Of a DNA stretch of 64,000 nucleotides, positions 25,383 to 36,965 are shown in pieces. The DNA is from Podarcis filfolensis (taxonomy: Eukaryota). Each line of letters begins with the position of its first letter. The first letter of the stretch is position 1. Under the pieces are notes generated by a model that made no database searches, was not told where the DNA came from, and saw only the letters and a list, made by a program, of their open reading frames with translations. Both the position numbers and the translations under genes were made by a program. The stretch is from NCBI GenBank assembly GCA_964270895.1, contig OZ185443.1. One strand, 5' to 3'.

Positions 25383-25554
25383 GTGAGTTGGCATTGCTTT
25401 GTCTTTTCTGGGGGAAGCGGACGGCCCCTTGAGGAAGAAGTTGTGGCAAGCCATGTGTTAATTTTGGGGAGCACCTTCTTCTGGAAATTTGGGGGGTTCC
25501 ACAAGTATCATTAGGACTGTAGCTCAGTGGTGGGACCTGAACTGGATAGGTCTG

Positions 25555-25645
25555 TTGGCAGAGCATGAGGCTCTTAATCTCAGGGTTATGGGTTGAGTCC
25601 CACATTGGGACTCTGTCCCTTCCAACTCTCTGATCCTATGATCCA
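25555..25645 (+). mobile_element. tRNA-Lys-headed SINE, internally deleted
   Basis: gagcatgaggctcttaatctcagggttatgggttgagtcccacattggg joined to gtcccttccaactct...cctatgatcc. Confidence 0.65.
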
Positions 25646-26201
25646 CGGTTTGCAGCATCTCCAGGTATGACTGGGAGAGAGACTCCTGCCTGAATCCTGG
25701 AGGACCTCTGCTAGCCAGTATAGGCAATGTGTGGACCAATGGTCCGACTCAGTAGAAGTCAGCTTTCTCTGTCCCTTTCCTCCTTATTATTCTCTGGTGG
25801 CTCTGGAAAGCTTTTCCAATAAAAAGGAACCAGAGGGATTTCCCAAGCATTTGCTGGTGAATAGAGCTACTATGTTATCCTTAATTATGGGGAAGGGTCG
25901 TATCTCAGTGGCCGAGTGTTTGCCCTGCAAACAAAAGGTCGCAGGTTCGATCCCTGGCATCTCCAGGTGGGGTTGGGATGGACCTCTGCACGAAATCCTG
26001 AATTGTCACACCCAGTCAGTGTATGTAAGACTAAGCTAGACAGACCCAATGGTCTAAAGCAGCTTCCTAATGTTCCTGTCCTTTATTCAGAAGATTAGCA
26101 CACAAACAACACATAGACAGTGATCTTTGCACGGCACTTGTCAGAAAGGTGATTGAGTTATAACATCATTAATTCATATTAAAACCATCTGTGCTTAAAA
26201 A

Positions 26202-26330
26202 NNNNNNNNNNNNNNNNNNNNNNNNNNNNNNNNNNNNNNNNNNNNNNNNNNNNNNNNNNNNNNNNNNNNNNNNNNNNNNNNNNNNNNNNNNNNNNNNNNN
26301 NNNNNNNNNNNNNNNNNNNNNNNNNNNNNN
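26202..26330. other. Assembly gap (129 N)
   Basis: Run of N. Confidence 0.99.
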
Positions 26331-26384
26331 ATATAGGATCTCAGACAGGAACTCTCACCTCAACCATTAACTTGCAAGATTGTT

Positions 26385-26490
26385 TTCAGGCAAGGTGCTA
26401 TTTCTCAGCTTCAGTTTCCCCTGTGCAGTATGGGGACAGTAGCACCGTCCTACCTCACAGGGTTGTTTTTAGGGTTGAGGTAGCTGAAGT
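26385..26490 (+). mobile_element. MIR/CORE-like remnant
   Basis: ctcagcttcagtttcccctgtgcagtatggggacag...ctacctcacagggttgttt. Confidence 0.55.
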
Positions 26491-27405
26491 GATACAAAAT
26501 GAAGTGTTGTTGTTGTTATATCCCTTGGCTTGAATAATTTCTGACTGAAATAATTTTAAAGTAACAGAATAAAGCTCCCAAAAGGCGGTCATTCAAACAT
26601 TTAGATATTTTCATTTTGGGATTAGCATGAATTTAACACCTCGAGGTTGGGTTTTAATTTGCATGCACACCATGCTTAGTTTCTTATTAGACTCATAAAA
26701 AACATTTTGGTCACTTACGAGCAATGCAGTATGCAGATAAATTGTGCTGGAGTGATGACACAATTCAACAATAATTAATCAAGTCACTATCGTGTAATCA
26801 ACCTAGCCGTAATTCCAGTGGGGCTTGCTTGAGCGAGACTCTGCTGTGACATTACAATAACTGACCCCTTTCCCCAAATCTAGACTTCTGTTTTTCTCTT
26901 CGAGTGCTGAGTCATTGTTTTCCAGGGCCCTCCACCTCTCCCCCCACACTTTTAAATATTAGCTCTTCGGTTTTCTCTTGTTATCAGAGCTCTGCTAATC
27001 TTTTCCCCCACCGTCTGCCTTAAGAGCTTCTTACTGTGTTTGGATATATTAATCCCTACCTGTGAATATCACCTTGTTCTCCCTAACTCTGGGATTCCCA
27101 CTTCTCAAGGGAAGCTCCATGCATGAGGATTACTGAGTGGGACACTGGTCTTACACACCAATCCTAACCCAAAATCTAACCCTCTTACAACAAATGCATG
27201 CCATGGGGCTGTCGCAAAATGTGTGCGCCTTTTTCTACACCAGTATACACTTTTCTAGGAAAACTGATTCAGACAGGTTTCCCAGATGAGTGTACACTGG
27301 ATGATTAATGTATGTGGCCATACTTTCCATGCAGGGAAATGTTGATGTTGCGTGATGTGATCATAAAACGAGGAGCTCATACTTTTGCTTCTGTAAGGTT
27401 TAGAG

Positions 27406-27541
27406 CAGGCATAGGCAAACTCGGCCCTCCAGATGTTTTGGGACTACAACTCCCATCATCCCTGACCACTGGTCCTGTTAGCTAGGGATGATGGGAGTTG
27501 TAGTCCCAAAACATGTGGAGGGCTGAGTTTGCCTATGCCTG
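27406..27541. mobile_element. hAT/Charlie-like palindromic MITE
   Basis: TIR CAGGCATAGGCAAACTC, perfect TSD gtttagag. Internal hairpin actacaactcccatcatccc...gggatgatgggagttgtagt. Confidence 0.9.
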
Positions 27542-27555
27542 GTTTAGAGGCTCTG

Positions 27556-27808
27556 AAGAAGAAGAAGAAGAAGAGTTTGGATCTGCTATCCCGCTTTATC
27601 ACTACCCGAAGGAGTCTCAAAGTGGCTAACATTTTCCTTTCCCTTCCTCCCCCACAACAAACACTCTGTGAGGTGAGTGGAGCTGAGAGACTTCAAAGAA
27701 GTGTGACTGGCCCAAGGTCACCCAGCAGCTGCATGTGGAGGAGCGGAGACGCGAACCCAGTTCCCCAGATTACGGGACTACCGCTCTTAACCACTGCACC
27801 ACACTGGC
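27556..27808 (-). mobile_element. CORE-type (CTT)n SINE
   Basis: Same family as 766-1016, with a (GAA)6 tail on the + strand. Confidence 0.85.
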
Positions 27809-29306
27809 TTCCTCTGGGTTGCTTTGCATTAGATAATCTGCTCCCCCCCCAAAAAAAATAATAATTGCACTTGTCCTACACATCTCTAGCTTTCCCAAAA
27901 TTTTTATGCACATTGCATAAAAATGGCCTTTTAAATGTGTTTGTTGTAGGGGAGTTATGGGTTGGTTTTTGTTTTTATTGTGTATTTTGTATTCTCATTT
28001 TGTGTTTTTCTGTTATGAACTGCCCTGGGATCTTCGGATTCCAGGGCACTATGCAAATTTAAATAACAACAGCAATGAGGTTAATAAAAAATGAAAGAGA
28101 AAACTTATAAATTCCTCACAGCTGATTCAGAGGTGAAAGAGGAGAGACCCTTAGATCAATTAAATCACTGTGTTTATTATCAAAAACTTCATATAGATGC
28201 TGTTTTTTGGTAAATAATCTTTTAAAATAAAATTTAAAGAGAAAATACCAGTATTGAAACACCTTTTTTAAAAAATATATATAAAAGGGCAGCTTTGAAA
28301 AAGACAACAAAATGTTGTTAAATACAGAAAAAGCAAAGGGTACTCATAAAGGGCATTTTGTATACAGTTCCTTTAAAGAAGAACGAAGCATCATACACTG
28401 GATTCACATATTGGTATACAGAAAAGTGGGGAGGAGAGAGGAGACAGGGAGATGCAAGATTCATACAGGTGACTTTTCAGATATTGAACTTACAGCTGAA
28501 TAAATGAAGCCACCACTGATTCCTTATTCCACACTCAGAAGCACACCAATAAAAAAATTGGTCCTGTCTTGTTTATCTACCTATTTTAAAATTGAGTGAA
28601 TGCCTCTCTTCTCCCAAGTTCCCACACACAATTGTGATTAGACTTGTGATGCAAATTTTCGTAATGAATTGTCCAGAAGAAATAAAGTGAATTCAGGTTG
28701 CCCAAGACCATCCCTCAGGGTATCTAAAGCTAAACAGATCTGGATTTTGTACCCTCCCCAAAATGGATACTTTTAAGAGAAAATGTTTTAGGGAGAACAC
28801 TTCCTTTTATTATTATTAACGCCCTAATCTAGCCATCTAACAACAAACATACCGGTAATCATACCCATTATTACGCAAAACAAACAGAATTAGGAATTCA
28901 CAATATACTACAACTTTTAAAACAATACTGAAACTAACTATATGGTGTGAGCTGAACTGTTATGGATTTGGAACAATCTACATTTTGTGAACAAGAGTTA
29001 GGTTGGCCAAAGACTAACCATGGCACGCCTGATAGTTTCCACTTAGACAGGGCTCCTGCTCTAGAATGATTTCCAAATGTTTCTGTATAGCTGCTGAAGA
29101 AGTTTTGGTAGCCAGAGGGGTAAAAAGCTTTTGGCTTACGATAAAAGAAACATCTGGTATTCTTACTACAATCCACTGCCACAAAATGTGCTGATGGTCA
29201 CCAACTTGGATGGCTTTAGAATAGGATTAGACAAATTTATGGAAGATGGAGGCTCCGAGTGGCTTCTGTCTTACACCTCCAGCAATGCAATCATAAGGGC
29301 AATTGC

Positions 29307-31783
29307 CATAGAATCATAGAATCATAGAATCATAGAGTTGGAAGAGACCACAAGGGCCATCGAGTCCAACCCCCTGCCAAGCAGGAAACACCATCAGAGC
29401 ACTCCTGACATATGGTTGTCAAGCCTCTGCTTAAAGACCTCCAAAGAAGGAGACTCCACCACACTCCTTGGCAGCAAATTCCACTGTCGAACAGCTCTTA
29501 CTGTCAGGAAGTTCTTCCTAATGTTTAGGTGGAATCTTCTTTCTTGTAGTTTGGATCCATTGCTCCGTGTCCGCTTCTCTGGAGCAGCAGAAAACAACCT
29601 TTCTCCCTCCTCTATGTGACATCCTTTTATATATTTGAACATGGCTATCATATCACCCCTTAACCTCCTCTTCTCCAGGCTAAACATGCCCAGCTCCCTT
29701 AGCCGTTCCTCATAAGGCATCGTTTCCAGGCCTTTGACCATTTTGGTTGCCCTCCTCTGGACACGTTCCAGTTTGTCAGTGTCCTTCTTGAACTGTGGTG
29801 CCCAGAACTGGACACAGTACTCCAGGTGAGGTCTGACCAGAGCAGAATACAGTGGCACTATTACTTCCCTTGATCTAGATGCTATACTCCTATTGATGCA
29901 GCCCAGAATTGCATTGGCTTTTTTAGCTGCCGCGTCACACTGTTGGCTCATGTTAAGTTTGTGGTCAACCAAGACTCCTAGATCCTTTTCACATGTACTG
30001 CTCTCAAGCCAGGTGTCACCCATCTTGTATTTGTGCCTCTCATTTTTTTTGCCCAAGTGCAATACTTTACATTTCTCCCTGTTAAAATTCATCTTGTTTG
30101 TTTTGGCCCAGTTCTCTAATCTGTCAAGGTCGTTTTGAAGTGTGATCCTGTCCTCTGGGGTGTTAGCCACCCCTCCCAGTTTGGTGTCATCTGCAAATTT
30201 GATCAGGATGCCCTTGAGTCCATCATCCAAGTCGTTGATAAAGATGTTGAATAAGACCGGGCCCAAGACAGAACCCTGTGGCACCCCACTAGTCACTCTT
30301 CTCCAGGATGAAGAGGAACCATTGATGAGCACCCTTTGGGTTCGGTCAGTCAGCCAGTTACAAATCCACTGAGTGGTAGCATAGTCAAGACCGCATTTTA
30401 CCAGCTTCTTTACAAGAATATCATGGGGCACCTTGTCAAATGCCTTGCTGAAATCAAGGTAGGCTACATCCACTGCATTCCCTTCATCTACCAGGCTTGT
30501 AATTCTGTCAAAAAACGAGATCAGGTTCGTCTGACATGACTTATTTTTCAGAAATCCATGCTGACTATTGGTGATCACAGCATTCCTTTCTAGGTGCTCA
30601 CAGACTGTTTGCTTAATGATCTGCTCCAGAATCTTCCCTGGTATTGATGTCAGACTGACTGGGCGGTAATTATTTGGGTCCTCTCTTTTCCCCTTTTTGA
30701 AAATAGGGACAACATTTGCCCTCCTCCAGTCTTCCGGGACTTCGCCTGTTCTCCAGGAATTCTCAAAGATGACTGCCAGTGGTTCTGAAATCACATCTGC
30801 CAGTTCTTTTAATACTCTTGGATGCAGTTCATCTGGCCCTGGAGACTTGAATACATCTAGACTAGCCAAGTATTCTTGTACTATCTCCTTAGTTATTCTG
30901 GGCTGTGTTTCCTCTGCTGAATCATTTGCTCCAAATTCTTCAGGTCGGGCATTGTTTTCTTTATCGGAGAAGACTGAGGCAAAGAAGGCATTGAGGAGTT
31001 CAGCCCTTTCTGTGTCCCCTGTTTGCATTTCACCATCTTCTCCTCTGAGTGACCCCACTGTTTCTTTGTTCTTCCTTTTGCTACGAACATACCCATAAAA
31101 GCCTTTTTTGTTGCTTTTAACCTCTCTAGCAAGCCTGAGTTCATTCTGTGCTTTAGCTTTTCTGACTTTGTGTCTACACGTGCTGGCTATTTGTTTGAAT
31201 TCCTCTTTGGTGGTTTCCCCCCTTTTCCATTTTTTGTACACATCCTTTTTTAATCTTAACTCAGTTAAAAGTTCTTTAGATAGCCACCCTGGCTTCTTTA
31301 GGCACCTTCCATGTTTCCGTCTCATTGGTATTGCCTGAAGTTGTGCTTTTACTATCTCCCTCTTAACAAACTCCCAGCCATCATGAACTCCCTTTCCTTT
31401 TAGTATTACTGTCCATGGGATCTCACCCAGCACTTCCCTAAGTTTTATGAAGTCGGCTTTCTTAAAGTCAAGAAATTGAGTCCTAGTATGCTTGGCTGCT
31501 CCTTTCCGCTGTATAGTAAACTTCAGAAGAGCATGATCACTCGCGCCTAATGATCCTTCCACTTCTACGCCACTAACCAGGTCATCAACATTGGTTAGGA
31601 CCAGATCTAAAATGGCTGTTCCTCTTGTTGCTTCTCCCACTTTCTGGACAATGAAGTTGTCTGCAAGGCCAGTGAGGAATCTGTTTGACCTTATGCTCTT
31701 GGCTGAGTTTGACATCCAACAAATATCCGGGTAATTGAAGTCCCCCATTACTACTATCTCCCTTCCTTTATGTCCTTCTTTCA
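29307..31783 (-). mobile_element. CR1-clade LINE, 5'-truncated and young
   Basis: 3' end carries (ATTCTATG)n octamer repeats (catagaat x3 on + at 29307). ORF2 is open for 801 codons. The 5' end abuts an older CR1-type remnant. Confidence 0.95.
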
Positions 31784-31799
31784 GGAATCTGGTTGGCAA
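29394..31799 (-). CDS. CR1 ORF2 fragment: C-terminal part of APE endonuclease plus complete reverse transcriptase
   Basis: Motifs [55 protein letters not shown]. The first few codons come from flanking DNA, so this is not a true start. Confidence 0.9.
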   Translation of the reverse strand: MPTRFLKEGHKGREIVVMGDFNYPDICWMSNSAKSIRSNRFLTGLADNFIVQKVGEATRGTAILDLVLTNVDDLVSGVEVEGSLGASDHALLKFTIQRKGAAKHTRTQFLDFKKADFIKLREVLGEIPWTVILKGKGVHDGWEFVKREIVKAQLQAIPMRRKHGRCLKKPGWLSKELLTELRLKKDVYKKWKRGETTKEEFKQIASTCRHKVRKAKAQNELRLAREVKSNKKGFYGYVRSKRKNKETVGSLRGEDGEMQTGDTERAELLNAFFASVFSDKENNARPEEFGANDSAEETQPRITKEIVQEYLASLDVFKSPGPDELHPRVLKELADVISEPLAVIFENSWRTGEVPEDWRRANVVPIFKKGKREDPNNYRPVSLTSIPGKILEQIIKQTVCEHLERNAVITNSQHGFLKNKSCQTNLISFFDRITSLVDEGNAVDVAYLDFSKAFDKVPHDILVKKLVKCGLDYATTQWICNWLTDRTQRVLINGSSSSWRRVTSGVPQGSVLGPVLFNIFINDLDDGLKGILIKFADDTKLGGVANTPEDRITLQNDLDRLENWAKTNKMNFNREKCKVLHLGKKNERHKYKMGDTWLESSTCEKDLGVLVDHKLNMSQQCDAAAKKANAILGCINRSIASRSREVIVPLYSALVRPHLEYCVQFWAPQFKKDTDKLERVQRRATKMVKGLETMPYEERLRELGMFSLEKRRLRGDMIAMFKYIKGCHIEEGERLFSAAPEKRTRSNGSKLQERRFHLNIRKNFLTVRAVRQWNLLPRSVVESPSLEVFKQRLDNHMSGVL

Positions 31800-31934
31800 C
31801 TTTGAGAATGGGATGCTGAACTAGGTGACCTCTGACTTGCTCTAGCAGGGCTCAAGCCGTTGCTACGTTATGCAGAGAAATTGTATTTTACCTCCGTAAA
31901 GGGGTGAGCACTATATTTCTGTGTGACAGAAGTA

Positions 31935-32388
31935 CAGTGGTACCTCTGGTTATGAACTTAATTCTTTCCGGAGGTCCGTTCTTAACCTGAAAGTGTTCTT
32001 AACCTGAGGTACCACTTTAGCTAATGGGGCCTCCCACTGCTGCTGCGCCGCCGTCATGCGATTTCTGTTCTCATCCTGAAGCAAAGTTCTTAACCCGAGC
32101 TACAGTGGTACCTCGGGATACAGACACTTCAGGTTACAGACTCCGCTAACCCAGAAATAGTACCTCGGGTTAAGAACTTTGCTTCAGGACGAGAACAGAA
32201 ATTGTGTGGCGGTGGCGCGGCGGCAGCAGGAGGCCCCATTAGCTAAAGTGGTACCTCAGGTTAAGAACAGTTTCAGGTTAAGAACGGACCTCCGGAACGA
32301 ATTAAGTTCTTAACCAGAGGTACCACTGTACTATTTCTGGGTTAGTGGAGTCTGTAACCTGAAGCGTCTGTAACCCGAGGTACCACTG
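31935..32388 (-). mobile_element. Tc1/pogo MITE containing a nested, inverted copy of the same family (32103-32328)
   Basis: Outer and inner TIRs CAGTGGTACCTC, each flanked by TA. Confidence 0.9.
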
Positions 32389-33542
32389 TACAGAAAAGGT
32401 GCTATATGTGAACCTGTGTCTGCAACACATCTGCAATTTTTACAGAAATGTTTGGATCAGAGATTTATGTTTTTAAACACAACTGTCATGGTCTGCCCCT
32501 GTTTCTCAGACCAAGGTTAGGCTTGAGTTTTAAGGCTTTAAATTAATTCTACAGGCATCTTCCAAGTCAAACACATTTTTCTCCACCATCTGTGGCACAA
32601 GGCAGGTTTTGAGCTCTGTATTGTCTGCCTTGAAGCCCATAAAATTCCCCCAGGGAGCTGGTTTTTGCACTGTAAACCAAACTTTGGTTTGGTGAGACTG
32701 TGTGAACAAGCAGGTTCTCAGAGAGCTTCCTCTGCAGTCTTTTTTGCTACACTGCACCATGGTTTGACTTAACACACTTGTCTTGTGGTTAAGGCCTCTC
32801 CAGAATAACTGTGAGTTTGTTCTGCTAAGGTTTGTTCTTGTGTACAGCTCATGGTCATTAAAGTATGATCTTAACCACGACTTCTGGTTTGGACAACATA
32901 CTAAATTAAATGAAAAAGAAGATTGCCAACAAAAAGGACAGAAACGAACGTTTCCTTATTTTTCTGCTGTGAAAAATGATTGACTGGGAAAATTTGTCCG
33001 GACAAACCATGGTGGGGTGGGGGTGGGGAAGCAAAGTCTTGTCTTTATCTTCTTTTAGTTGTAGATTAGGACAAAGGGCAAATGCCGTTTGGTGTAGAAA
33101 CATTTTTCCACACCTAAGGGCTGTTTCATAAGCACAGACAAGGGTTGTAAACTCCTGACCTGTAGGGTAGCTTCTTTAGCTTTTAATAGCTGTGTGTGGG
33201 AGAGAGGCCCAGCAGGTGCATAATTAAATCTCCACCACCGTAATGATGGCAGGTTGAGCAGCTGCAGGATTTCGCATTAAATCAACACTGTTTTGAAGGG
33301 AGATCATGCAGGAACTGGAAAGAGCGGGTTGCACGGGGCTCCCTTGAGACATTGCGTCAAACCACAATTAAATAAACTTTACTTTGTCTTGAAGATCTGA
33401 ATAGACAAACCACGATTTGCAGTTGGCTGGCAAACCATAATAAAAAAAATTCTGTTTATTATTTATCAGGCCTTATTTTATTTCCCCTCCATAATATACC
33501 GGTAGTCAAATCACCAAAAAAATACAAAACAATAATTTAGTA

Positions 33543-33908
33543 CCAGAAACAGTACCTCGGGTTAAGAACTTTGCTTCAGGATTAGAACAGAAATCATGCT
33601 CCGGTGGCGCGGCAGCAGCAGGAGGCCCCATTAGCTAAAGTGGTGCTTCAGGTTAAGAACAGTTTCAGGTTAAGAACAGACCTCCGGGACGAATTAAGTA
33701 CTTAACCTGAGGCAGTGGCGTAGCGTGGGTTGTCAGCACCCGGGGCAAGGCAAGTAATTTGCACCCCCTAACCCGTGGATCTGCGCCCCCTAACCCGTGG
33801 ATTTGCGCCCCCTAACCCATGGATTTGCCCTAACCCCAGATGTTGCGCCCGGTGCGGCCGGCCCCCCCTGCACCCCCCACGCTACGCCACTGACCTGAGG
33901 TACCACTG
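33543..33908 (+). mobile_element. Tc1/pogo MITE, 5'-truncated and interrupted by a hAT MITE
   Basis: Matches the 32103 family. Right TIR gaggtaccactg|ta. Confidence 0.85.
33713..33892. mobile_element. hAT-type MITE with internal 22-bp tandem repeats
   Basis: Perfect 17-bp TIR CAGTGGCGTAGCGTGGG and perfect 8-bp TSD acctgagg at 33705 and 33893. Confidence 0.92.
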
Positions 33909-35165
33909 TAAATGACTTAGCTAACATGAATTCATACTTTTTTTAAAAAATGTTTCTTTAAATTATTGATCTAAATTATGGAAAAACTATACTGTGCATT
34001 CGAAAATATTGTGTTACTTTTACAATAATCAACAAAAATAACAAAATTTCCCCCCTTTGAAGCCATAGTTGCTGGTTTATGCTCACGGTGGTTTTGTGTG
34101 TTGTCTGAATTCATGTCTCGGTTACTGCCATTGCTCTACTTCTGGGGGCTAGGGGGCGGCGGCGGTGGTGTGGCTGGAAATGTAAACAGACTTTGAAAAG
34201 CTGGTATCACTGGATCATTTCATCAATTCTTATTGTTTTGAATTTTATTGTGTTATCATCTTCCTTAGTGGGTCATGCAAACTGCTATTCTATTTTATAA
34301 GGGTAGGGGGCATTGAGGATGGAGTGGGTGGTGGCCCAAAAATGTTTGGGGACCACTGATTTAAACGATAAACATCTCTGGTATAGAGGTGAAATTGAAC
34401 TGAGTGGTTTCTTTTTTGAATGAATGAAGACCACTGTTCATTCGAGACCGAAGAAGCAGTCACGAAAAGCACAGCTGGAATCAGAAAAGATGCTCCCTGG
34501 AATCCATTTGGGCTCCACAGTTGCAGAGATATTTGTGGCTCATGCGTAGCAAATAATAAACAGCGGGAGGCATAGAGACATGTTTCTAGTGGATACTCTG
34601 CCTTTCTGAAACTGCCTTTCCCTATATCATAGAATCATAGAAACATTGAATTGGAAGAGACCCTGAGGCTCATCTAGTCCAGCCCCCTGCAATGCTTATG
34701 TTCTGTGTACAAATCCGACTGTATTTCCACAGGGGTTGGTTTATAACCAATATGCAAAACCAACTTTAATCCAGTGGGAGAATGTGCACCAAAGATGAGA
34801 GATAGTATTGTGTTGATGGCTGGTTTTTCTGTTTCTTTGCCTTGGAGCTGACTGCTGCTCCTAATGCATACCCAGTTGTTTGTTTGTTTGTTTGTTTTAT
34901 TTAAACAAATGCTAATTTATATCATTTTAAATTGATGTGATGCATATTTTATTTGGTATTTTAAAGGCCGCCAGGCCAAAAATCGGTATATAAATAAGCC
35001 ATAACATGTAAAAAGAGGAGGGAAAGAACTTTGCAATACTTTTGAGACTAATGGCTTTGTTGTGGCACGAATTTCTTAATGAAATATCTGATGATGTAGA
35101 TGCTTGTTCTTGAAAGCTCATACAGCAGCGCTTCTTTGTAAGTTCATCCTTACAAAGTCTCTCTC

Positions 35166-35167
<2 letters not shown>

Positions 35168-35209
<42 letters not shown>
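35168..35209. repeat. (CT)n microsatellite serving as polypyrimidine tract
   Basis: About 21 units ending 1 nt before the acceptor AG at 35211-35212. Confidence 0.97.
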
Positions 35210-35211
<2 letters not shown>

Positions 35212-35212
35212 G

Positions 35213-35373
35213 GTGGATAAAGTTTGAGGAGAAAGTGGAACAGGGTGGAGAGAGGTGGAGCAAACCACACGTTGCCACATTGTCCCTTCACAGCTTGTTT
35301 GAGTTGAGGACGTGTATAGAGAAAGGGTCGATCATGTTGGATCTGGAGGCCTCATCGCTCCCTCAGGTAGTAG
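35213..35373 (+). CDS. SLC4A4: SLC4A4 exon (161 nt), [53 protein letters not shown]
   Basis: Acceptor (CT)n-acag|, donor G|gtaggt. Contains the SLC4 signature [18 protein letters not shown]. Phase matches both neighbours. Confidence 0.96.
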
Positions 35374-35894
35374 GTAGGTGCTTTCGAACGCAGTGCTCTG
35401 GACTGTCCTACATCGCAAGAACCAACCTGGTCCGTTGAATGGGATGTTGGATCTGGGCATGTGTTTATTTTACGCTGCTTTTCAGCAAAACAGCAACAGC
35501 AACCAAGCTTCCTGGGGTGGGTTGCAGATCAATGAGAACAATATGGCCTCTACCGTCAGACTTACAATCTAAAAAGACATAACACAAAAGGAAAATGGAT
35601 TTTGAGGAAGGAGGAAACAAGCAAACTTGGGTACCAGTTCTTTTAGGTGCAAGTTAATTGCCTACCGGGATGGAAACAGTTCAAGGAGAGGATGACCCAA
35701 AAGTTGCTGGGGTCTCAGCTGTCTTGATAGTGTGTCTGTTCATCTCGTTCAGTATCTTGGATAGTCTACAAGATATGAGTGGGGGATCTGTAGTCCCCTA
35801 GATGTTGTGGGACTCCTAACTCCCACTTTGTATACCTCTTGCTAGTTTCTTTGTTGTTGTTGTTGTTTAAGGATTAAAACACATCAGTGTACAC

Positions 35895-36032
35895 CAACCT
35901 TTCTCAACCTGTGGGTCCCCAGATATTGTTGGACTACAACTCCCATCATCCCTGAGCTCTGGCCTTGCTAGCTGGGGGTGATGGGAGTTGTAGTTCAACA
36001 ACATCTGGGCACCCACATGTTGAGAAAGGTTG
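35895..36032. mobile_element. hAT/Charlie-like palindromic MITE
   Basis: TIR caacctttctcaac...gttgagaaaggttg. TSD gtgtacac / gtgtagag. Confidence 0.82.
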
Positions 36033-36038
36033 GTGTAG

Positions 36039-36333
36039 AGGGTTGGGCAATATATCAATCCATTGTCCAAAACTGGTTTGAAGTCCATATCATGATACCT
36101 GTTTCATAATTTTTGACCTGGCAATATATCGCACATCATGATGTGTATGTGTGTATGTGAGTGATGCAAAACAAAACAAAACAAAACAAAAAACAACAAC
36201 AAACAAATCCTGAAGCCAGCCAGTGCTTCTACAAAGCGCCACCCTTATTTCAGACATCGTGATATATCAGTATATCGCAATGTTTCGCTGGTGGTATATC
36301 ATGATGTTGAAAACCAGATACTGCCCAGCCCTA
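36039..36333. mobile_element. Non-autonomous DNA transposon, hAT-like
   Basis: Termini agggttgggcaatat...atactgcccagcccta, with repeated (c)gatatatcg-type subterminal motifs. Confidence 0.6.
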
Positions 36334-36453
36334 TGCGTATGTGAACTTACACATACCAGCCTACTCTGAAACCGTTTTTATTTTTGTTTACATGGATTTA
36401 CTCCTTTTCTTCTCTCCCTGCCTCCCCCTCTCCCCAAATCCTCGTGTTTGCAG

Positions 36454-36633
36454 AGATGGTTGTTGACAACCAGATCGAGACAGGCCTGTTGAAGCAAGAA
36501 ATGAAGGACAAGGTCACTTACACCCTGCTCAGGAAGCATCGCCACCAGACCAAAAAATCCAACCTGCGCTCCTTGGCCGACATCGGGAAGACTGTCTCCA
36601 GTGCAAGTAGGATGTTTACCAACCCAGATAATG
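36454..36633 (+). CDS. SLC4A4: SLC4A4 exon (180 nt), [11 protein letters not shown]...[16 protein letters not shown], including cassette I
   Basis: Acceptor tgtttgcag|, donor G|gtaatg. Frame is continuous. An internal donor at 36607 removes 27 nt. Confidence 0.96.
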
Positions 36634-36965
36634 GTAATGCAGAAGCCAGTGGGCTTTGGCCTTCCCGTAGAGACCCACCGAAACCCTGCTCCCAACTAAC
36701 TCCATCACCATCTCATGGCAACGCATCTAACCCCACGAGTAGAGTAGCAGACCATACTGACGGATGTATCAGTTATGGGCTCTGAAGGCTTCTTAATGCT
36801 GTGGCGCATTGCTCTAACCATATCTCCGTGGGCTAACTGAGAAGAGACATGGGCGCGCTTCGTTTTCGTTAGTCTGCTTTAGTCAGTCATTTCGGTAAAA
36901 CACTTGGCGTGACACACGCACAAAACGCACAACACAAACAACGATGTGTCCTCCAGAATAGAATC

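Noticed and set aside
24990-25454. 154-aa minus-strand ORF
   Set aside because: Antisense shadow of the GC-rich SLC4A4 exon, with no independent homology.
35361-35373. Upstream donor CAG|GTAGTA at about 35367
   Set aside because: It lies 7 nt upstream of the real donor and would shift the frame. The 35373 donor preserves phase and the PQxVE alignment.
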